A stretch of 62,919 nt of DNA, counting the filler, from Globobulimina sp. (Eukaryota): assembly GCA_003354225.1 (NCBI GenBank). It is 30 parts of 30 records of this genome, joined end to end, with 100 filler letters (N's around TTAATTAATTAA, not from the genome) between each part and the next. Parts side by side here need not be neighbours in the genome. Positions count along the whole stretch, not along the records: positions 10,511 to 12,512 come from PIVH01009845.1; positions 12,613 to 14,614 come from PIVH01009846.1; positions 14,715 to 16,715 come from PIVH01009847.1; positions 16,816 to 18,816 come from PIVH01009848.1; positions 18,917 to 20,917 come from PIVH01009849.1; positions 21,018 to 23,018 come from PIVH01009850.1; positions 23,119 to 25,119 come from PIVH01009851.1; 23 more parts are not named here. One strand, written 5' to 3'. Both the position numbers and the translations under genes were made by a program. The notes beneath the pieces are model-generated. The model was given only the letters and a program-made list of their open reading frames with translations, had not been told where the DNA came from and did no database searches. Positions within the stretch are counted from its first letter, which is position 1. Each line of letters starts with the position of its first letter. Shown here piece by piece: positions 10,511 through 23,211 of the stretch.

Positions 10511-12227
10511 ATATTTACCAATTGCAAATAAACATATTTTAGATACTCATAATAATAATGATAACAACACCAATATTTCTTTTGACGATTACGAAACAAA
10601 ATGCACGTTTGATGATTATCAGATATTTCATGATTTAGTAGATAAATGTCTTACAAATACTAATATTACAAATAATAGAATCAGTTTAAAACAAATTCTT
10701 GCACATAAATTCTTTACACATCGCAAATGTTTATATGATAAAGTTATTCAATGCATAGAACCATTGAAATCAACAGAATCAAAACTATCACAAACACTCA
10801 ATCTCAGGAAGGAAAGTATTTTTGCGCCCAAATTAAAAGCAAAAAATGGTAAAAACTCTGTTGAATTTTTATTTGCAAATATCAAATGCAGCAACGGTCG
10901 CAGTTTGGATCCGGATGTTAACGACGTCGACGTTTCATGGGATTTCGATCTGGATATCGGTGACACGCAACAACCATTAATATTGGATCAGGTTGAATAT
11001 GATGACCATGGCATTGGCATTGATATGGCCGTGGTGTGTAATACACCGATGCATGCGCACAATTATAGCAATACAATGCAAAGCACAATATCCCATTTAT
11101 CACCATTCGTATCTTCATCGCCACTCTGTCCACTCAATGCACTCAAAAATAGTGGTCGTGATCATGATTTACCCAATATAATAAAATTAAATGTTGGCGG
11201 CATTCGTATATTTTCAACAACATTAACAACACTAAGAAAATACGACACTATGTTGAGTAAGAAATTTAGTGGAGTTTATGATGCCGAATATGATGAAACA
11301 ACGGATTCGTATTTTATTGATAGAGATGGCAGCCATTTTTCATATATTTTAAATTATTTACGCAGTGGAAAGCTAATTATACCAACGCCAACCGGTAAGA
11401 ATAAATATGATCCCTTATTCTATGAGGAATTGTATGAAGAAGTGTGTTATTATCAAATTCATCCATTAATAAATATATTGAATCGTGAAAATATTTATTT
11501 TTATTCGACTATATTAGGCAATGAAGATTGTGTGTCAATATTAAAAGAATGGATAGCAAACCCGACAGTCGCCAGTGTCCCGACAGTCGCAGCAAAGCCA
11601 AAAAGAATTGAAAATAAAGAATCAGAGATGGAGAAAATCAAAAATCAGAAATGGAAATTAATATATCGAGCGTCTGAAGATGGATATGAATCATATGAAT
11701 TTCATCGTCATTGCGATTTACAAGGCGCGACTATCACATTAATACATAGTAATAATCGCATATTTGGAGGTTTTACAAACATTTCATGGAAATCGGACAG
11801 CAGAGACAAATATACAGCAACAAAGGACGAATGCGCAAATACATTTATATTTGTGATGAATATTACAAATGACGTAAATAATTTGAAAGCATTTAAATGG
11901 AATTTTATTGATAAATATTATAGTTCATATGGCAGCAATTTACCAGTTGTTCATGAAAAGAATATTGGTCCAGCATTTGGTTGGTATCATGTGCTTAAAA
12001 AAAGAGGTAATGATATTAATAACATTTCAAATGAACTCAATCAGCCATCACAAACAACCACAATAAGCCAGGATGGAATTATCATCGGAGACAAATGTAA
12101 TATTCAAAATAATTCATGTTGGACTTATTGTGCTTATTTTAATACACCAAAAAACTCGGCGCATCTGGCTGGCAGTAAATACTTTTTTGTTAAAGATATT
12201 GAAGTATATCAAATCTCATTCACATGA
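10511..12227 (+). CDS. Protein with kinase C-lobe remnant + KCTD-type BTB + TLDc, 5' truncated
   Basis: DLVDKCL...NRISLKQILAHKFF; IKLNVGG...YFIDRDGSHFSYILNYLR; WKLIYRASEDG..FHRHCD...IFGGFT...VKDIEVY. Confidence 0.85.
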
Positions 12228-12612
12228 GTTTCATGCAGGTGCTGCAAACCAATATACGCATTTCTGCCTTATCAAAAAAATCTATTTTTACTTGAAAAAA
12301 TCATGCAGTTTCCATCATTCTTGTACTGTCTCACTGTATGTGGCTGGTTTGTAAAAAATCAGTTTGTAGTATTTTAAGATATATTCCAAAAGATAAGTTG
12401 TATACATTTAATTCAATTATCTGAGAAACGCTTTGCAAATCCAGAAACAGTTTGCTATAGATTTGTCTTGGGTTTGTTCTGTGTTTGTTATAACTTTGTG
12501 TTGGGTTTGCAANNNNNNNNNNNNNNNNNNNNNNNNNNNNNNNNNNNNNNNNNNNNTTAATTAATTAANNNNNNNNNNNNNNNNNNNNNNNNNNNNNNNN
12601 NNNNNNNNNNNN

Positions 12613-13434
12613 GGTGTCGTTATGATCCCGACCCATAATATCACATAAATATTCATGTAATTTGCAAGTTAATCCTTCATAAATAGTTCTTGCCGCAGCT
12701 GTAAACAATACAATATCCCACGAACTATCCAATGATTCTACAAAGTCTTCCAAACCATAGCGGAGCCGCACAATGTATCCATTGTAAATAAATGCGGCAT
12801 TATCATAGCCTTTCCGTGTGAAGGAAGGCATAAAATTTTCAATTTCAGCAGAATCATCTTCAAAGGAGATAAATTTATGATGTATATGGAAATTTAATTC
12901 ATATTTTATTTCACAACCAATCACAGTTAGCTCTTTGATTAACGTTTCCCGGCAATCGAGAATTTCGTTTGTTTTATCATCTATTTTATAGGGAAAAGTG
13001 AACGTTTTTTTCTTTTTCAGCCGCGTTGGTAAAGTATGACAATGGTCGTATTCAATGATATCAGTGTTGTAGAAATCAATTAAGTCATCGTCACCTAATT
13101 GTAATTTTAATCTATACCAAATAGAAGTAACTGTTCCAGGCTGTTCATCGTTGCCGTTATAATAATATGTGATATTATCATCGACACAAATTTCATCAGC
13201 AAAATATTTGGTATATAATAATGTGTTGTCAATGTCTAAGATGATAAGTGGCCGCGATGACGCTGCAATAGTATCTATATCATAATCAATTGGTTCTTTT
13301 TGGATGCGCTCCACAAATGTCTCAACGAATGATAGATAGCCAAAGGATTCTTCAAATAAATCTATTATTTGATCTTGACTGCATGCTTCGAGAGCATAAC
13401 AGGTCTGTTGTTGTTTTGGTGCATCTCTACTCAT
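12613..13434 (-). CDS. FCP1/SCP (NIF) family HAD phosphatase, 3' truncated
   Basis: LIILDIDNTL (DxDxT) and VRLRYGLEDFVESL...IVLFTAA. Confidence 0.75.
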
Positions 13435-13589
13435 TATCAGTGCATATGTGACATGCAAAGTATTTAAAAAAATAGCTAGAGTTTTTTTTTCAAAGGTTTT
13501 AAAATTAATAAACAATAATGAAGGGAATATATCTCGCTTATAAACGTCCATCACCACTCACTGGATCACCTCGAAGTTATTGTTATTTG

Positions 13590-14222
13590 CTAATATACAA
13601 AGTTCGTTAATATTAATACAATAAAAATTAGACATGAACATGATTTATCTGGATTTGAGTTGCTACATTTTATGAATTGCGACCATTGATAATCATTATT
13701 GCATTTTCCGTATTCGTCCCATGCAACTAGTTCCTTTGCGAATTTATCATTACAATTTTTGCTATTTGCTGGGTACATTTGTGTGAAAACTCCAGTTTTA
13801 TTGCAGCTGAATTTGACAGAACCAAAGTGTTTCTCCATTGTTGGCAAAGTGAAACATTGTTTCACAGGAAACGGAAACTCAGTGTAAGCACCAGAGCGAT
13901 CACAATTGGTCTCATCATAGTTACGGATTATTGCATGATTGCATATATTTCCTGTGCACTGCAATTGTGATTTATCATATTCTTGAATAGATTTATTTAT
14001 CATTGGATCCTCGCAATCTGCTCCGTTATAAAGTTTTACAAGTACTGCTGTTCCACTTTCGGTGCATGACACAGTGATTGATCGATGTGACATATGTTCG
14101 TATCGACTAAAACAAACATCCAATGAAATCCACGGCGTACCATTTGCTAAAATTGCTCGACATTCTGCATCGATTGAATTTACAAAATAAGTTATCAACA
14201 ATAGACAAAGTGATGGTGCCAT
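13590..14222 (-). CDS. Secreted Cys-rich protein, possibly GPI-anchored
   Basis: Signal peptide, many Cys, hydrophobic C-terminus. Confidence 0.65.
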   Translation of the reverse strand: MAPSLCLLLITYFVNSIDAECRAILANGTPWISLDVCFSRYEHMSHRSITVSCTESGTAVLVKLYNGADCEDPMINKSIQEYDKSQLQCTGNICNHAIIRNYDETNCDRSGAYTEFPFPVKQCFTLPTMEKHFGSVKFSCNKTGVFTQMYPANSKNCNDKFAKELVAWDEYGKCNNDYQWSQFIKCSNSNPDKSCSCLIFIVLILTNFVY

Positions 14223-14284
14223 GTTTTGATGATCGAGTACAAAACTAAATTTTAAAATAACAAAAAACTTTTGTTGAATTCATT

Positions 14285-14614
14285 ATGGATCGGTTCCATA
14301 TATTCAATGAATCTGATCAAAAAAGCAAAGATATTATAAATGGGTTTCTCAGAGAACATCAAAAGAAATATTTTGAAAAAATGCAGATTGCATATTTTAA
14401 TATTCCAAAGATTGTTAATCATATTTGCGTATCATATATTTATGAACCAGTACGATGGGATAAACAATATAAGCATAAAACCATTACAATTAATGAATTC
14501 GAAAATTGTGTGATCCATGACAATGGGGTACGTTCTGCATTTTGCTATGGAAATGTGTTTTTGACAGGAACTGCAAAGCGTGGTGTCCATATTTGGAAAT
14601 TTAAGGTTGGTAAA
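14285..14614 (+). CDS. Hypothetical protein (possible SPRY-like family), truncated
   Basis: IINGFLRE...IPKIVNHICVSY leader and GVHIWKFK. Confidence 0.4.
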
Positions 14615-15035
14615 NNNNNNNNNNNNNNNNNNNNNNNNNNNNNNNNNNNNNNNNNNNNTTAATTAATTAANNNNNNNNNNNNNNNNNNNNNNNNNNNNNN
14701 NNNNNNNNNNNNNNTGGTATCCGAATGTCCGGGCTGTGCCTACATCAAATGCTTGATTGTACAATGCGCCATCAATTACTGATGGGAATGAGAGTAATTC
14801 TCCAAATGTCGATTCCTATATAACCATTGGAAAGAAATGATTTGTGATAAGTGTATATGATCCAACCTCAAGTGTTTGAGCATCCATATTGATTAAAAGC
14901 AATATACATATGCATATGTATACTGTTTCCACCATGTTTTGTTTTTCTTAAAGGGGCTGGAAATGTTTTTAATCTTAGAAAGATTTTCTGGATGATTTTT
15001 TTGTGTTAACTTTAAACTCAACTCAAGAGAAAAGC

Positions 15036-16715
15036 ATGGCAAACAGAAACAGTAATATGTACAAAGGACAGTATGAATGGATTATTAAAGGTAATGAATT
15101 AACACAAATGATTAAAGCTGATAATGGACAGAGATTTACATCGCAGACATTTAAAATGTGTTCATTAGATTGGTGTATTGGAGCATGTCCAAATGGTAAT
15201 AGTGAGAATAATGTTGGTGCATTTGATGTATTTTTAAAATTATTGGCCTTACCACAATCACAACAAGGGAATAAGATAATTATTTGTCGAAGAATTTATT
15301 GTAAAGAATTGGATTCGAGTCATACATTTATCACTGAATATAAAAAAGATGACAGTAAAGGATGGGCAGATTATACATTATCATTAAATGAAGTGAAAAA
15401 TAATAATATGAAACAGATAAGTTTTATAATTGAAATAAGAATATTACGAATAATGAACGAATCATCTTTGGGCACTAAAATAATTTATGAGAATGACATA
15501 TATTTTGATAAATCATTTAATAAACAATTATTTAATTGGATAATTGATGCAAAATTAATTCAAAAAATGAAAAATTCTTTAAATGGAAAACGATTTGAAT
15601 CACCAATTTATAATAAAATGTGGTGTTTAAAAATCGCACCAAATGGATACAAAACAACACGAAAAGATTATTTTGATGTTATTCTTCGAATTTGTGCATT
15701 TCCACAAAATATCTCTAAAATATCGGTTCGATTTCAAATAAATTGTAAAGAAATGCAAATAAATACAGATTGGACAAATGATTTTGATATCAATGGATGT
15801 ACTGGTTGGCTTTGGTCAGATGGAACAGAAAATGTATTCTCATTTACAGATTTTAAGAATTATAATTTAAATGCAATAGAATTTGAAGTAAATGTAAATA
15901 TTTTATCAATTTATGATAACAACGGAAAGAAAATCAATAACAATGAATGGAATAAATATATAAAAGAAAATGATGAAAAAAAAGAATGTGAAAATATTAT
16001 TTTAGAATCATTAGTAACAAGAATGGATGAAATAAGTTCACAAATTAAATCATTAACAAATATCATTACAAATATACAACAAAATCAACAACAACAACAA
16101 CAGAAAAATGAGCAACGATTTGCAAATTTAGAACAGAATGCAAATAAACAAAAACAAATTAATAAATTAATAGAGAATAAAGAGTCAACGACATATACTA
16201 TGGATTGCATTGCGAACTCTCCATTTAAGCACATTGTAAATAATACAGAACTGTCAGAACATTACAATGCTATTATTGCGAAATTAAATCATCCCTTTAT
16301 TTATTGTTGGGTCGTATCTGACGGTATTGTTGATGCACAAAGATATGATTTGAGATTTAATTTATACATTAAACATATTGGTAATTTGTATGAATATAAG
16401 TTCCACACAACCCACAAACAAATAAAATATCTCCACGACAACGCATACACAGGAAAAGACAGTAGATTTCATTTCGCACAAATGGCGTTTCCAAGGCCTA
16501 CAAATCCACAACGTATACAACGAAAACATCGGGGCTTGGATCAGCAAATGGGATTAATGGATGATTTGTTAGTGATCAAGCCAGAGATTCAAACACTTGC
16601 GTCTTTTGATAATCAAATAGATGGAAATTATCAGTGTACAGCACCAGGAAGGAAATATTTGCGAGCGAATTTTTGGAATTCTGAACAAAACAAAGCTACA
16701 CAACGCGATAACGAT
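15036..16715 (+). CDS. Tandem MATH/TRAF-domain protein with coiled coil, truncated
   Basis: Two repeats of W.I...NG.RF.S....W.L...PNG....FDV.L. Confidence 0.75.
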
Positions 16716-16876
16716 NNNNNNNNNNNNNNNNNNNNNNNNNNNNNNNNNNNNNNNNNNNNTTAATTAATTAANNNNNNNNNNNNNNNNNNNNNNNNNNNNN
16801 NNNNNNNNNNNNNNNGGATTGAAACGGTAAAATTGGTCTGATTGCAATTAATTCCATTTCCAAAAATTAATGATAT

Positions 16877-17094
16877 TGGTTCGGGTAGGATTTAAACCTA
16901 CATCCATGCGAATTGAATGTATAGCATTGGTTTATAATAAGTTATTGCTAACAAACACTCTCTCTTCATCGTTAATCTCTAAACCGCTTCGAGCGGTTTG
17001 TGAATTTGGTTAGTAACCGCCATATAAATGAAGGCGAGCCTCAAGGATACGACCGAAGTCGCAGACGCATTCTCTATCATTGAGATACCGAACC
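16877..17094 (-). tRNA. tRNA-like gene with a 146-nt structured insert in the anticodon loop; identity ambiguous
   Basis: Acceptor GGTTCGG/CCGAACC + A73; D arm TCTC-AATGATA-GAGA; anticodon stem TGCG(T)/(T)CGCA; T arm GTAGG-TTTAAAT-CCTAC; T5 run about 10 nt downstream. Confidence 0.7.
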
Positions 17095-17271
17095 ATTTGT
17101 TATTGTTCTTGTTTAATCTCCATAACCAAAACATATATTTAGTACATTCAAGTATTGCTACATTTGATTAATGGGACAAGAGACAGTAATATTAAGTGCA
17201 GCACTCTGAAATTAAATGTATTTGTATTTTCTTTTTTCACAAAAATCACAACAGTGTGGACCGACTGTGTT

Positions 17272-18816
17272 ATGTCTCTTTCTTATGGTGTTGAAGAGTT
17301 TCTTTCTTTGTCATCACACGCAGTGATTAGCGGCCTGCAAAACAGACCGGAACTAAATGGAGGATTAGGAACTATCCTGAAATTTGTTAAAGAAAAAGAA
17401 CGATATCACATTCAAGCAACATTTGGAGTGGAAAAATACAATCTTTTATTAAAGAAAAACAATTTAATTTTTGTGAGCAATATTCATGAACTTATCCATG
17501 CACAAAATGTGGCATTCTCTACATTGCCATGGTTATTAAAAGGAATTGGTGCAAAAAAGGAGAAGCTTGATGACGATGCAAAATATGACGAAATTCAAAT
17601 AGAAGAATTAAATAAATCAGATATTGTTCTAATTCATGGTTTAATAAACAAACCGGAATTTAACAATTTATTTGCAGAAATTGTATATTTTAACAATCGA
17701 TCCAAGCGATACCATATCAAATTTGAATATAAAAGCAAAGTGGAACATAAATCGATGAAATCAAGCAATTTACAGTTAATATTTCCCTTTAAATATCGTG
17801 AATATACAGCAACAAAATGTGTGACCTGTTCAACACCAATATCATCTCCACAACAATTGCTTACATGTCCTGGCTGTGCGTCATTGAATTACTGCAGTCC
17901 ACAGTGTAGAAATAAACATTTATTTGCTGAGAAACATCTCGGTCAACCATGTTATATCTATCGATGTAATATGTTATACAATGTATCCAAGTATAAATAT
18001 ATTTTATATCAACAATTTACACCATCTGATATGCGGCAATTTAAAACAAAAGAGATTGCTGACTATAAAAATTTTTGTCATGTATGTACTATGTACAGTT
18101 CATAGTTGTCATAATGCATACATTTTTTTTTCATTTTTCTGAAATTTGAAGGGTAAAAACAGAAAAAATACGAGTATTAAAACAAATATTCGTAATTGGG
18201 AAGATTGGATGAAACATTTTGGATTTGATTATGAAATTTGTAACAATCATTCTCATCCAATGTCTGTGTATCATATTTTAAAACAATATTTTTTAAAATA
18301 TACAAAATTTGACAAAAAAACCATTAATATTAATTTAGTGGGATGCTCTGATGCAGAATTTGCTGGAATTGAATTTTCCGAACCAATGATTGCTGACATT
18401 GCTGATTGGAAATGGCGATGGAAAATGATGGCTCATTTATTAGAACCATTAAAAATAAATATTACATGTTATGGAGATGAGTTAAACGAACATTGTGCAA
18501 ATTTTAAAAGTCGAAATTTGGCAATGTCTTTTAAGAGAGGGCTGTATTTACCAAACAGAACAAAACTTGAAAATGAGGTTGATATTGTAATTGGTTTAAA
18601 TGCAGGAATTCATGAACACAAAAATGGATGGGTGCCTGTGATAAAATATTGTGTTCAAAATAAAATAGCAATGATGTTTACAGAATATTGTATGGTTGAG
18701 TATGAATTATATATTCGACATTTATTGGGAGGATTAGTGGTGCAAAATAACTTAATTGTTGCATTTAATCAATTTAGAGATCCAACCTTAGCTTTAACTC
18801 CATTTACACGACGCAT
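17272..18816 (+). CDS. MYND zinc finger protein (MSS51/ZMYND15-like C-terminus); intron 18082-18151
   Basis: CVTC...CPGCASLNYCSPQCRNKH..H..C; ININLVGCSDAE, GLNAGI; two N-terminal I.GL.N.PE.N repeats. Confidence 0.8.
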
Positions 18817-18916
18817 NNNNNNNNNNNNNNNNNNNNNNNNNNNNNNNNNNNNNNNNNNNNTTAATTAATTAANNNNNNNNNNNNNNNNNNNNNNNNNNNN
18901 NNNNNNNNNNNNNNNN

Positions 18917-20755
18917 CGTCGCTGTACGAATGGACGCTGTGATCGCTGTATTCCTCCTCATCCATCGCCGGCTGCGGACTGCGTGGACTTAATGGTGGCG
19001 AGTTACAGGTGCTCGCCGGCGGGGAATGGATGGCGCTGCGCGGCGACGGAAGATCCAAATTGTGCATTTCGTGCAACTCTCTCTGTGTCGTGATGGTTAG
19101 GTTTTGCTCATTGACTGTGCCGTAGTTCAGATTCAACTGTTTGCGGTTTAACGTCTGTCCGTCGTCGGGAATGGGCGGGATGTCGCGGCTGAGACTGTGC
19201 GATTTGTGCGCGTTTTTGTTGTGTTTCCGTGCTTTTTTGGGCGACATTGCGTTGGAATGATGCGACAGCGATTTGGATTTATGAGAGCGGTTTTTGCGGC
19301 TGGAATGCGACCGCGATTTGGAAGCGTTGGAAGGCGAACGGGGCGAACGTTCGCGGTGTGGCAAGGGAGGCGATTCGAGCACGGGTATATTGATGGCGAT
19401 AGGTTCCATTTCCATGGCGCGATGCTTGCGTTTCTGAGACTTCTTCTTGGATTTGGACTTTTGACTTCGCTGCGATTTGTAGGATGAACTGCTGTTTTTG
19501 CGCATGTGCACCTGGCCCGTTTGTGGCTGTGTTGGTGTGTTGGATTTGTGGGTGTATGGCAGCGGCGCATTGAAGGCGTTGGGCGGTTGGATGTCTTTGT
19601 GTTGGCCTTTTTTGCGTGGCGAGGATGGATTGGACGGGTTGTTGCGAGAATTGCTGCGCGAAAATGGGTTTTTAGGGGTGCGCGGCGACCGTTTTTGTCG
19701 AAAACTACCATGTTCCACACTGTGGATGGTGCGATTTGCCTGATTTCGTCATGTTTTTATACATATTCCATTTGTACGTCAATTATACAGAAAAACACAT
19801 TGTTAACGTTAACTGTATGCGGTATGGATAGATTGGGATTATTATTCTGCGCATTTGTATTTATATTATGTTCGTCAAACGCCAACGTAGGGAACGGCGA
19901 ACTGGTGAGGCCGTCGTCGCTGTCGCTGCTCAAATGGCCTGGATTTGCGTTATTGTCTATGAACTCAAACTGCGTCATCGGTGGCTTATTGCTCGCGTTC
20001 ATCGGTGGCGGTATCGGCGGTGTGTTGTCCAGCGCATTCTCGCTGTCACTGTCGTTTTGGTTTTTAATTTGATGTTTGAGTTGTTTCAATTGATGCGATT
20101 GCAATATTAATTGTCGCTGTTGTTGCTGTAATTGTTCCTGCAATGCTTGTATTTGGGTGAACTCACAGTCCTCGTCAATGATATTGTGGTTAGAGTTGTT
20201 ATGGCTGCTCGTATGGATCGTGGTTTGTTTACTGTTACTACGTGGATTACTGTGTGGATTACTGTGCGGATTGGCTGAATGTTTCATATCATCGCTGTCG
20301 TCATCGTAGGCGCCGGCATACTCGTCATTTTCCAAGATGTCGTCGTCGCGGTTCTGAGAGGACAGCTCCTCCTCTTCTGACGTGGTGGTGTCCTCTTCCT
20401 CTTCTTCTTTGATGTCGAAGACGTTGCCATGGCGAGGAGGTATATGGCCACTGTTGGATGGAAGTGGTTGTCTTCTTTTTCGAGTGCTGGAGGCTGGAGC
20501 TGTAGGGGTTATATTTTGGGTTTTGTATCGATGGTGATTTGTGATTTCAGAATTAGTGAATTTAAGTATAAGCAGTTGCGGACGTACGTGGTTGTGTACG
20601 TGTGTGTTTTTGTCGTGGTGGCGGGTTATATCCGTCGTAATCGAGGATAGTTTCAGACGACACGACACAATTTGGAGTGAACTCGCTTTGCCGAGAAGGG
20701 ATTGACATTCCAATGTAGTAATCTGATTTGTTCTCACTGTTTAAGACGTTCATCA
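18917..20755 (-). CDS. Low-complexity Ser/His/Pro/Asn-rich protein, probably multi-exon
   Basis: Two long ORFs separated by an intron-like AT-rich segment at about 19740-19810; exons GC-richer than most contigs. Confidence 0.5.
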
Positions 20756-21017
20756 TTGTAATTGATTGATTTCTCGTCGCTTTGCTTTGTGTGAAGCAAA
20801 ACAAAGCAAATATGACAGGGTTTTATTGATAAATAGGACAAATTCTTTTTTTAATTGTTTTGTTTGTTTGGGTATTGGATGGATGGTCCTCACTAAAAAA
20901 ACAACGTCAAAAAGAACNNNNNNNNNNNNNNNNNNNNNNNNNNNNNNNNNNNNNNNNNNNNTTAATTAATTAANNNNNNNNNNNNNNNNNNNNNNNNNNN
21001 NNNNNNNNNNNNNNNNN

Positions 21018-21463
21018 CAATATCAGATATTGTCATAAAAGGAGGTGAAATTAATCCAATAGTTGACACCTTTATTTACATTGCCATAGATTATCCACAG
21101 CAAGAATTCACTCCTAAGGAGGAGAAGGGAATTCCCGAAATGGAAATTATTCCTATAGCTGATGTACAACCCAGCTTTCCGGGTGGTGAGGAGGCAAGAA
21201 TTAAGTACTTTGGAAATAATGTAAAGTATCCTCCAGTTGCAAGAAGTGTCGGAATACAGGGGGTAGTATATGTTACCTTTGTTGTTGAGAAGGATGGTTC
21301 TGTTACTGATGTCAAAATATTAAAGGGTATTGGTGGCGGATGTGATGAAGAAGCTATCCGTCTTATTGAAAATATGCCAAGATGGAATCCCGGCATACAA
21401 GATAGTAAAACAGTGAGGGTACAATTTAATATGCCTATTAAGTTTACGCTTAGGACATTTTAG
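21018..21463 (+). CDS. tonB: Bacterial energy transducer TonB, C-terminal domain (Bacteroidota-like)
   Basis: PSFPGG...VKYPPVA...IQGVVYVTFVVEKDGSV..VKILKGIGGGCDEEAIRLIENMPRWNPG. Confidence 0.9.
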
Positions 21464-21487
21464 TAATTAATAGAATTTATCAAAGAT

Positions 21488-21521
21488 AAAAGGTCAATAC
21501 CATAGTGTTGACCTTTTTTTT
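21488..21521 (+). terminator. Rho-independent terminator of the tonB fragment
   Basis: AAAAGGTCAATAC-CATA-GTGTTGACCTTTTTTTT hairpin plus T run about 25 nt after the stop. Confidence 0.8.
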
Positions 21522-21568
21522 ATCCTCACCAATGATTCCATTTAGGTTTAGCTATTATGGTATGATGT

Positions 21569-23018
21569 TTGGTTTATTATACATTGAATGTAATTGACGC
21601 AAAGACGGTTATTACAAATTGGGCCATATCAAACTTACAAATCGCAGCACAACTTATATTGTTACCATTTTATTGCTGCTATCTTTCAATAAATATGTGC
21701 AAAGAGGAAGGTTTATGTGAATGTAAAAAGGATGCAAATACAGAATCGACTGAATCGACTGAAGCTATACAACCATCGGCGAGTGACTCATGCCGCAAAG
21801 TATTATGCCATATTTTAGAGTGCGTTGCCTTTCCATTGATATCATTCTATGACTGGATTATGGCGAACTGGATATTTATTATTCCCTATATTCTATTTCT
21901 AATGTGGTTGCTGAGTACATTTGGTTTGATTGCAGCTGATATAAACGCAATGGATTCAGTGATACCATTTATAGGACTTTTATTGTTTGGACAATCCATC
22001 GTAAAACAGCATGCCAAGAATGGTTACTGTTGCATTAAAATCGATTGTGATTTTGGATGTGGTTGGGCTGATTCTAAATTATTTGATAAGGACAATGTGA
22101 GGGATAAACTGAATCGGATGAAATTCTTAATGGGCGATGGTGAGTGGAAAACACTCTTCTTTTTAGGCGCAGTTTGTGATAATAACCATAGCAAAAACAA
22201 TCAATATCGTAAATTGGGACGCTATTTTGTTTCATTTTTGTTTGGTATGATCTCCATTTTGGTTCGAACTGTTTTCAGGAAAGCTTCCTTTGTGGAATGT
22301 GGCGGAGTTTGTATATTCAGTTTGGTGATGGGTGCTTTATTTAATATTGTCATTATGAACCATGTGTTGTTGCATATTGTGCAGGAATTCTTTGATGCGC
22401 TTAAATGGTTTGGACATAAAATGAAGCAGTTGGCGGATGTGTTGGTGTTCAATTTTGGCACTGATCGAGTTGGAGAAGACTTTTTATTTCTGCATGAGGC
22501 TGAAAATACTCCCAAATGGTTTGAAATATGGAATGTGATCCAACTTCAAGGAAGGAGACACTTTAAAGAGTTAGAAACAAACTTATTGGGAATTGTGGTA
22601 TCTACGTTTGGTGCGTCGACCATTTTAGTGTATCAGTATGTTTTTGGATATTATACGACGGAATTAACAGTTGGAATGTTGTACATTTGGATTGTATTTT
22701 TATTGATATTGCTGTCTATTGTGAAATATTCAAAACATTTTGACGAGATACAGGACAAACAATTGTCATCACTCAGTACACAGAGTCAATATATCAATAA
22801 TTTAATGTTCCAAATACAATTAAATTATTACTCGCAAGGTGTGAATGTATTTGATACGGTCAACAATAAAATTATTTATTATCAAAACATCGTCCATCTG
22901 GTGAAAAGTTATCAGGATCAAATTGCAAAAAGAACGTTATCTCCAACTATTATGGGACTTAAATTTGACAAACTCTGTTATAGATTCTTCATTTTTTTCG
23001 TTGTCAGTATCGTGCCGG
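21569..23018 (+). CDS. Eukaryotic multi-pass membrane protein, partial
   Basis: About 480-aa frame with several hydrophobic helices and Cys-rich loops. Confidence 0.6.
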
Positions 23019-23211
23019 NNNNNNNNNNNNNNNNNNNNNNNNNNNNNNNNNNNNNNNNNNNNTTAATTAATTAANNNNNNNNNNNNNNNNNNNNNNNNNN
23101 NNNNNNNNNNNNNNNNNNATATTATTTTGTCATATTTCTCTGGGTTGGAATTTTTTAACATTTCACAACAAAATAAACAGAAAAAACTGTGGAGTTCTAA
23201 GAAGAAGCTCA

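Noticed and set aside
16877-17094. tmRNA or group I intron-containing tRNA
   Set aside because: No G3-U70, D stem intact, no recognisable tag ORF; insert lacks a terminal G and recognisable P7 core
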